Positions 51,601 to 60,000 of a DNA stretch of 60,000 bases are shown here, piece after piece. Below the pieces are notes generated by a model. That model did not search any database. It was not told the origin of the DNA and was given only the letters and a program-made list of their open reading frames with translations. Position 1 is the first letter of the stretch, and each line of letters starts with the position of its first letter. This stretch comes from Callorhinchus milii (taxonomy: Eukaryota). Position numbers and translations under genes: made by a program. The stretch spans positions 109,990,001 through 110,050,000 of the forward strand of contig NW_024704742.1 of NCBI RefSeq assembly GCF_018977255.1, in the 5' to 3' direction.

Positions 51601-54259
51601 AGATATCGGTGCATTTTAAAAAATCAGGCGAACTGCGAATTGAGAGGTCGGACGATTTGTTAGAGGGAAGATTCGGTCAAAAAGAGAGCACGAATTGGAC
51701 AGAATGATTGAAAGAAAATGCAGGCAAACTAAGTAAAAAATATAAACCCAGAAGTCCCGAATCCAGTCATTCTTGACTTTGTTTTTGTTGGGTCCACAAA
51801 TCAATGTAACGTATCGTGAAAAGAATCAAAACATAATTGCAAACAAGTGCACATGATTTATTACAAGAACAAAATACAACTGTTTTCACGTTTTATTAAA
51901 AGTACACTAACATCATACTGAAAGACAAGCACCTTCCTTGTGTTATTTAATAGTTCATTGCCATTTTCAAAGAGTAATTATCATTAGCAGTAATAAAAGC
52001 CCCCCTCCCCATCCCCTCCCAAAAAGACCAGCTTTTTTTTAGTTTGTTTGGATAATGTAAAGCATATTGGCTCAGCTAAAATGTCCCAAACTCCTTTCTT
52101 GTGCATCCTAGGTTTTTTTTTGGCCATTTTAATGTATGAAACCGCGGAATATTCCGACAGGAAAGAAACATTTCTTCTTAATTAAGAGCCTAAATTGTTG
52201 TAGTTTGTTTCGCAGTCACAGCATTAATCCACTCTCTGTCTGGTGTTTAACCCCGCTGTAAAGTTTAGATGTAAAAGTCAAAGGTAACATCTTATTAAAA
52301 CCGTCTCAGTGAAAAAAAATAGGAATATTCTCACTCTTTTTTTTAAACCAAAGTAGATTTTATTGTCAGAAGAAACAAAAGAATAGTAAAAAAACATAAA
52401 TATTTGCAGTGGGATTTATCTGAAATGGAGAAGGGAACAGAAAGCTACATTTAAGTGTGCTCGACGAAGTGTGGAGAGATGGTTCATTAAAGTGACACTT
52501 GGCAGAAGTTTTAATATAAAACTTATTGTAGTACATATATATCTTAAGTGAAATTAAACAATTATAAATAACTAGAGGACTGTCTCCAGGAAACGAAAGT
52601 GTGGCACACGCATTTTTCGGATCATTTAATACTTGACCACACATCAAACTTTCTAGATTTTGTTCAGTGAATTATGAGGACAGAAATGAAGCTATAGATT
52701 GTGCTTCCAAGGGGATTGGGCTATTTGTCTGTTTCACAGGGAAGGACTGAGGGAAAGAAGTGCCTTTTTCTCAAATGCATCTAAAGTCTGTTAAAGGCAG
52801 CCATGTTTGTTTGCTTCCATCTGCTTTAAATGAGCCGGGCTTCACACACCATTAAAGTATTGCACTGGGCTGCAATTTCTCCAGGAAGAAAAGAACAACC
52901 TTTAACAATAAATATGTTCGTCACCCCCCATTGCAATCAATCAATGTTTTACTTTGACTGAAACACAATACATAAAGGCAAATGCAACTCAAAAATGTCA
53001 ATTTCACGAGCACGAAGTTGAAATTAGCATTCAGTTCCAGGTTAAACATTAATGTTTTGCAACAGTGGTGTACACATTGGTTTTTCAAGGATTTGCTAAT
53101 ATTTGAATACTTCATTGAGTATACTCCATTGAGAGGATTCTCAGATGGCGGCTTGGTTGAATTTCTTGAAAAGGAAATTAAAAATAAAATACAATTATAA
53201 TAGGAAGAAGGAGAACTGCCGGTAGGGAGTCTAGAACGGACTAGGTTTGAGGTTAATACCATCAGTCCTGCAAAAGACTGCGCAGGTTAAAAAGCAGGTG
53301 TCAATTAAAAATAATATATATTTTTAAAACAATCTAGCAGATATTCTGCACAACGTACAAGTTACCTTTAGCCCCAAAAAAACACACGGAGTGCGGTGTT
53401 TATATAGTGTCAGAGCTGCGTCAACAGAGTGTTTAATTATCATTACAGACAACATCAAAGTTATTAATTTCTATAGAATGATATCGCACGGTATTAAAGA
53501 ACACAAGGTGGTCACACATCAGGCTGCCATCGGGTCTGGTGAACAGTGCCATGAAATAGAGCAGATTTGTCTATATAAGTGAATTCAAATAAGTCCTGTA
53601 ATTGGGAATTGTGCTGCAAAATAGAAACATTGTATTTAGAAATAAGCCGCTATCTTCCATAGCTCCTGACGTGTTATGAAATATCACCGGACGCCCCTGT
53701 CATATTCTATGCTAACAAGTTTAAATAGTATTTTAATTGGATTTAACGGTGAAACGATGAAAAATCATTATATATTAGGGCTTTGATGTCGATGGGCGGT
53801 GGTAAAAGGGTAATGTAAAAGTCGGGGTTGAAGCAAAGAGGGGCCTAGGGGCAATACTCAGAACAAAACCAGACAATAAGTTGGAGTCAGAGCCAAGTGA
53901 AACAGCTCTGATCGGAACAAAAAAACACCCTGAAATATCCGTAATGTTAAGTGCAACCAAGAGGTGTACAGCCACGGTTCAGCTCTGCCTATTTCTGGTT
54001 CTTTATGGACGCGGGTGTGCAGGTATGTACATGTGTTACCGCTGCAATCTGTGGTCATGGGTGTTTCTAATACATGCGTATCAGGACATACATAGACAAT
54101 CTATTTACGTCGTTAATTATTCCATCTAAAAGTGTCTATAGTCATCGCCTTGTGTATCCTGCAGCTTTGCGTCGAGAATGTTAAAAACCCCAAGCGGCCA
54201 GATAGCAGGATCTCGTTAAATGCAAAGAGAAAGCTTGAGAGCACATAGAGGAAAATTAA

Positions 54260-54284
54260 AACACACACACACACACACACACAC
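54260..54284. repeat. (CA)n microsatellite
   Basis: Direct reading. Confidence 0.9.
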
Positions 54285-55434
54285 TTCCAGCCACTCTCCC
54301 GATTCACATTGTGCCTCGTGCTCTTTTTACTCTGGGTCGGTTGTTAGGTTTATTTTTGATGCAGAGTTGCTAAAGAAAGCTCTCTCATGGCAGTGTGTGC
54401 TGGAGCTTTGACCCGGATTATAAAACATTAATGAAAGCAGCAACTGAATTCTGCATAACCTTCTACTGAGCAAAGGCACTGCAGTCTTTACATCTCCAAA
54501 AGCCACTGTCTGGAAGCTGTGGGCTCTTTCAAATCTTCTTTCGAATATTTTTATATTCAGATACACCCAGCACATGACTTCAATGGAATTAATTATAAAA
54601 TGACTAAGAGTATATAATTATGAATGCTCCGCCAATTAATTGTCATAGATTTGTGCAATAAGAGTTCCCTCAAAACCTTTTGTGGGTCACGGAGAGGAGA
54701 AGAATATCAGCACCGAACAGATAACACAGACACAGCTGCGATAGATCTCTTTATATCACTTTTGTAACTGTTCCAACATAACAACCATTTTTTACAAGAA
54801 TATTCCATCATACCCACAGGACAATGCCAATGTACAGCGTTGTTTGCACGGGTAAAACGCCTGTACTTTTTTCTAGGTATTGTATTCCTTTTTAAAGTAA
54901 GTCTACAGGTAAAATCGGCTTGACAGTACTGATACGAAAGTTGTGATACACTGTAAAAAACTGGGTGGGGGGGGGGGGGTTGGGTGGGGGGTGGGGGGTA
55001 ACAAACAAAAAATGCAGTTTTTGCCACGTGGAAAGTTGGCGACAACTGAGGGTACAACTCGTTCTCGTAACAAAAAGAGACTTAAATCAAGGTCGGCTCT
55101 GAACACATATCAAAAACTTAGATTAACCTAACTTCAGAGCTCTCAGACTTTTTTTGTGAAAAAAAATCAAAGAAGTGTCTTGGACACTTCGGCCCAAACT
55201 CTTGTTTCTATAAAGATAGTGGGAATAGACACGGAATCAAAAAAAAAGTGTTTCAAGAGTGCCCACAGTGTGTGACAGTTCGGAAAACACGTTTTTTTTT
55301 TGTATTAACATCTCGCAGTGCTCTCTCTCTTTCTCTCTCTCTTTCAATCTGATCACTTTTTTTAAAAAAAACGTTCAGTTTCGCCAGGATTGCAGGCCAG
55401 TTGGTACGCTTAAAGCGACAAAAAGCTTTTTTTT

Positions 55435-56040
55435 ATTTTGTGCTAAATTCATTTTATTTTTTTTTCCATTCTGATTTCAATTTTAATTCTTGGAGAACAT
55501 AGCTTTGACGACATAAATCTCACTCATTATAAGAAGCAAAAGGTTATATCAAAAATTATTAGTATAGGAATCACACGAAACCTGGTTTTGAACCAGAAAA
55601 AAAATACAAAACAGATATAGATACATAGACACAGGACAATTTATAATTATTTGGAAAATGTTATTTTCCCCCTAATCTCTTGATTCTGTCTTTTAAATGC
55701 GCATACGATGTTTTTGTTTAATTTTACAAAAAAATGGAAAATAAAGACTAATATTTTACAAAATGATAAGCATTGCTTGTGGTAAGTGTGGTTCTACATA
55801 GGATGCAGTTCAGTTCCTTTTTTGTTTCACAGAATAAATCCCACAGTCAACAGTTTGGCCTCTTGGAAGGTCCTTTTATTTTCACAGATATGATCCTATA
55901 GGAACTTTCGAGTCCTGGAATAGAGAGGGAGGCTCGCCTAAAATGCCTGTTTTTTTTTTGTTGGGGGGGGGGGGGGGGTGGGGGTGGGGTGGTGGTGGGG
56001 TTGGTGGGGGGTGGGAGGAGAGGGGGGAGTCCTTCTCTCA
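55435..56040 (-). other. NR2F1: NR2F1 3' UTR with proximal polyadenylation signal
   Basis: Follows the stop codon. AATAAA on the - strand at 55453-55458. The block tgtgattcctatactaataatttttgatataacc...ttataatgagtg resembles my recollection of the tetrapod NR2F1 3' end. Confidence 0.65.
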
Positions 56041-56373
<333 letters not shown>

Positions 56374-56407
56374 TTAATCCTCATTTTTTTTTTGTTTTAT
56401 ATAAATC

Positions 56408-56439
<32 letters not shown>

Positions 56440-56464
56440 CACACACACCGACTCACTCACTCAC
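56408..56464. repeat. (CA)n/(CTCA)n microsatellite in NR2F1 intron 2
   Basis: Direct reading. Confidence 0.9.
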
Positions 56465-57649
56465 CCGCGCTCTCCGCAAGCTGGAGGCGGACAAGCTTAA
56501 GATAACACGTTGTTTTTGTTGCAAACATTGCGGCCGATTCAAACAGTCTGATGGCAAAATCGTATGCAGCATAAGCTTTGAATTATAGGTAACAAAGACA
56601 CTCTTAAATAATAAGTACAGATGCACGCCATTTCCCGTAGAGAACCGATCCAGAGACACCAGTGCCTGGAAACAATATGTGACAGATATTGGTACAGGGT
56701 TATTGTTTCTATTCCTTTACTGTATGCGTTACACACACTTCCTTTACATTCCAGGGCAATGTAGCTTTTCATCAACTCTGTGATATATGGTGTAATCGTG
56801 TACCGAATATAAAAAGGATATGTGATAAACAACGAGACATGCAGCCAGGCATTCATCAATTACAAAAGCAAATCTATCATAATATCTTGCACAGGCTCTC
56901 GGAACCCCTTTGTGCAACAGTGGACTTTGGTGCTGTTATAATTATGGGGACATGGCAGTTATGCTATTGGCAACCTTTTTGAAATTAATGTACTAATGCC
57001 TTCTAGTGAAAATAGCAATAATAACAATAATCACTGAATTATTATTCCTTGAAGGCTCGCGTTACGCAATAATATCCTGCAAAATAACACAGCTAAATTT
57101 AAAACTAAACTCCAGAATTAAAATGCTAAATATGCATGAACTCTTAGTGGATACCAAGTTGTTTATCAACAACTGAGCGTAGAGTTATTTTGGCCAGAGT
57201 GCTGCGTTTTCCTTACAAAACGCTCCTTTGACTTTTTGTGAAAGCTTTATTTGCTCGGGAGACATATTTTAGTGGATGAATTAATAAAGTAAAATAGGAA
57301 GTTTGGGTCACGACCCAGCCTTGGAAAGCATCCAGATCGAGTGGTTGAAAATACTATCCGGACCTAAGGTAAAATCACAACAAGCCCCCTACAAGCTCCA
57401 GCAACTTCAAGCGGCCCTTAGCAAACAGCCCAGCGAAAAAAAAAATGACAAAAAATGTCCTTTCGATCACCCAAACGCTCTTTCCATTGGAAAACGTGGT
57501 CAGCTTTGAGAAAGGCTTCCCATGAATTCCCCTCTGGCTAACAATCAAAACAAGTTTGGTCAAAGCTGAGGGAGGGGAGGTTTCAAATGTGGAGAATTTA
57601 AACAGACCTGCTTTATTTTCTACCTTGCCCTTTCGTAATAACCCCACGA

Positions 57650-57900
57650 CCAATAATGCTCTCTTTTCTCCCTTTTGTTTTTCTTATTCTATTTCCCACA
57701 ACATCCATGTTGTATGAAACAATAATTTATCAAGATTTGGGGGTTGCTGGAAAGATGATTAATCTGTAATATTTATTGATCAATTTCCAATTGATTTACA
57801 TCAGATTATGCCATTTAATAGAAGCCTCCTGGTTAAAATAAATCATTGTTATAGTACTTGACTAATACCATCTTATACATAAATTAAGCATCATGCACCC
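57650..57900. promoter_or_regulatory. Candidate intronic enhancer in NR2F1 intron 2
   Basis: ATTTATCA (57725), TGATTAAT (57756), TGATTTAC (57792), plus AACAAT and CATTGTT Sox-like sites. Confidence 0.4.
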
Positions 57901-57997
57901 AAATAATTTATATGTATTTAACCTTATTTATCCTGCAGTAGGATTGCACTGAAGGAGAGGGGGCAACGAGGAACGCGATTGATTTAGATCTATTTTA

Positions 57998-58624
<627 letters not shown>

Positions 58625-59342
58625 TTAAAATAATTCATTTTCCGTCTAATTTGCATTTTTTGAAAAATAATACAAATCCCACAGACAATAGCACTCATGA
58701 TGATATCAGAATATCAAGCGGAGACATTATAGGAAATAGCCCTCTGAAATGTATTAATGTTCAATAAGGCATTACCAGTCAGAGCACTCCACATTATGTC
58801 TGTTTAATCCCACTAAACGCGCAGCTTTACACAAGCGACTGCAGGATTGCAAAACTCCCTAAATTGCAACACCCACCCACAGATACAACTGCGAAAAATT
58901 TCCAAACACACAATCCACTGAATGCGAAAGATTAACTTACAATTAGAGTGACATAAAGGGTCCGATTTATTAACCATTTTGATTCCAAAAATGCATAACG
59001 CAGCCATGCTTGTAATTGCTAAACTCTCCCAACTTTGAATTAGCGAGTTGGAATTATTTTTTCCAACTTGATGCAAAAGAGTTGCATTTGTTTCTTTTTG
59101 CTGAGATGAACCTACACTGGCGGCTAACCTTCAAATAATGATTATTTTACAAGCAATTATACGTTATAATTAACAGGCTAACTTCATTATCGTTCTAATT
59201 ACTTTACAGGCAGCATATTTGGTCAGGTTGAACCAAACTCGCGCAACCCCAAACACGTATACAGACAGAAAGCACGGATCTGACTTTTTTGTTTTTTGCA
59301 AAGGGGGATTAAAATACATCGCTAATATAAAGTCATATTCAC

Positions 59343-59793
59343 CTTCCCGCCTCATTCCAACTTTGAGGCATTTCTTCAGGCGACAGTACTGGCACTGATT
59401 GCGGTGGTGCTGGTCTATAGGACAATTCCGGTTGGCACGACATGTGTACGTTAAGTTTCTACGAACACTTCGCTTGAAGAAACTTTTGCAGCCCTCGCAT
59501 GTGAACTGGCCGTAGTGCTTGCCGCTGGATTTATCCCCGCAGACCACACACTCGATCTGCTGCTGCTGCTGCTGCTGGCTGGGCTGCTTCTCGGTGCCTG
59601 GCTGGCCGCCCTGACTGCTGCCTCCGAGCGGGGTGGAGGGCGGCCCCGACTGGCTCGGGGTCTGCGGGGTGTGGGGAGCGCCCGTGGCCGCTTGCTGTGG
59701 CTGCTGGCCCGGCTGCGCTTGTGCAGACTGGCCGCCCTGAGCCCCGGCCACGTCGTCTTGAGGATCTCGCCAAGTACTAACTACCATTGCCAT
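59343..59793 (-). CDS. NR2F1: NR2F1 (COUP-TFI) coding exon 1: A/B domain plus C4 zinc-finger DNA-binding domain
   Basis: ATG at 59793. Translation [17 protein letters not shown]...[71 protein letters not shown]. Donor G|gtgaat at 59342 (phase 1). RNLTY is the NR2F1 state. Confidence 0.97.
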
Positions 59794-60000
59794 ATCTCGG
59801 GCCCAAAAAGTGCGGGAAAACAAGTTAATCGCACGGCTTTTTTTTTTTTTTTTTTTTTTTTTTTGGCGTGTGCGTGTCCTGTTGGTAAGGAGCAGAGTTG
59901 GGATGGTGGTAAAAAAAAAATGATGTTACCCCCTCCCCCTCCTCCTCCCCCTCTCCCCCAAAAAAAGAGAGGATCGGAGGAATAAACTGCGATCAAGCGA

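Noticed and set aside
37107..54714. Several RE1 left half-sites (TCAGCACC at 37107, 41690, 44405, 48371, 54707) and a wide-spaced site near 14002
   Set aside because: They lack a correctly spaced right half, and the same 8-mer also occurs several times in the first half of the window.
59794..59823. N-terminal extension [10 protein letters not shown] in the ORF track
   Set aside because: It starts at a non-ATG codon; the conserved start is MAMVV at 59793.
59515..59985. 156-aa ORF antisense to NR2F1 exon 1
   Set aside because: Shadow ORF of GC-rich coding sequence and homopolymer runs.

Overview
Vertebrate genomic DNA, most likely from a cartilaginous fish; the repeat content suggests a chimaera-type genome, but the taxon is inferred. 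The window holds two convergent genes. On the + strand is the last coding exon and 3' UTR of FAM172A/ARB2A (26156-26307), preceded by about 26 kb of presumed last intron. On the - strand is the complete three-exon CDS of the nuclear receptor NR2F1/COUP-TFI (59793-59343, 58557-58030, 56315-56041; 417 aa). The intron is rich in L2 and CR1 LINE fragments, tRNA-derived and Deu-type SINEs, a Penelope-like element with a decayed hammerhead motif, and old PIF/Harbinger transposase fossils. From about 26 kb onward recognisable transposons nearly vanish, and from about 33 kb CpGs are retained. This fits the known NR2F1 regulatory block. That region has candidate enhancers, a near-consensus REST/RE1 site, a perfect 40-bp palindrome and many G-runs. 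I did not find a convincing novel multi-gene system, and most short ORFs in the track are spurious.
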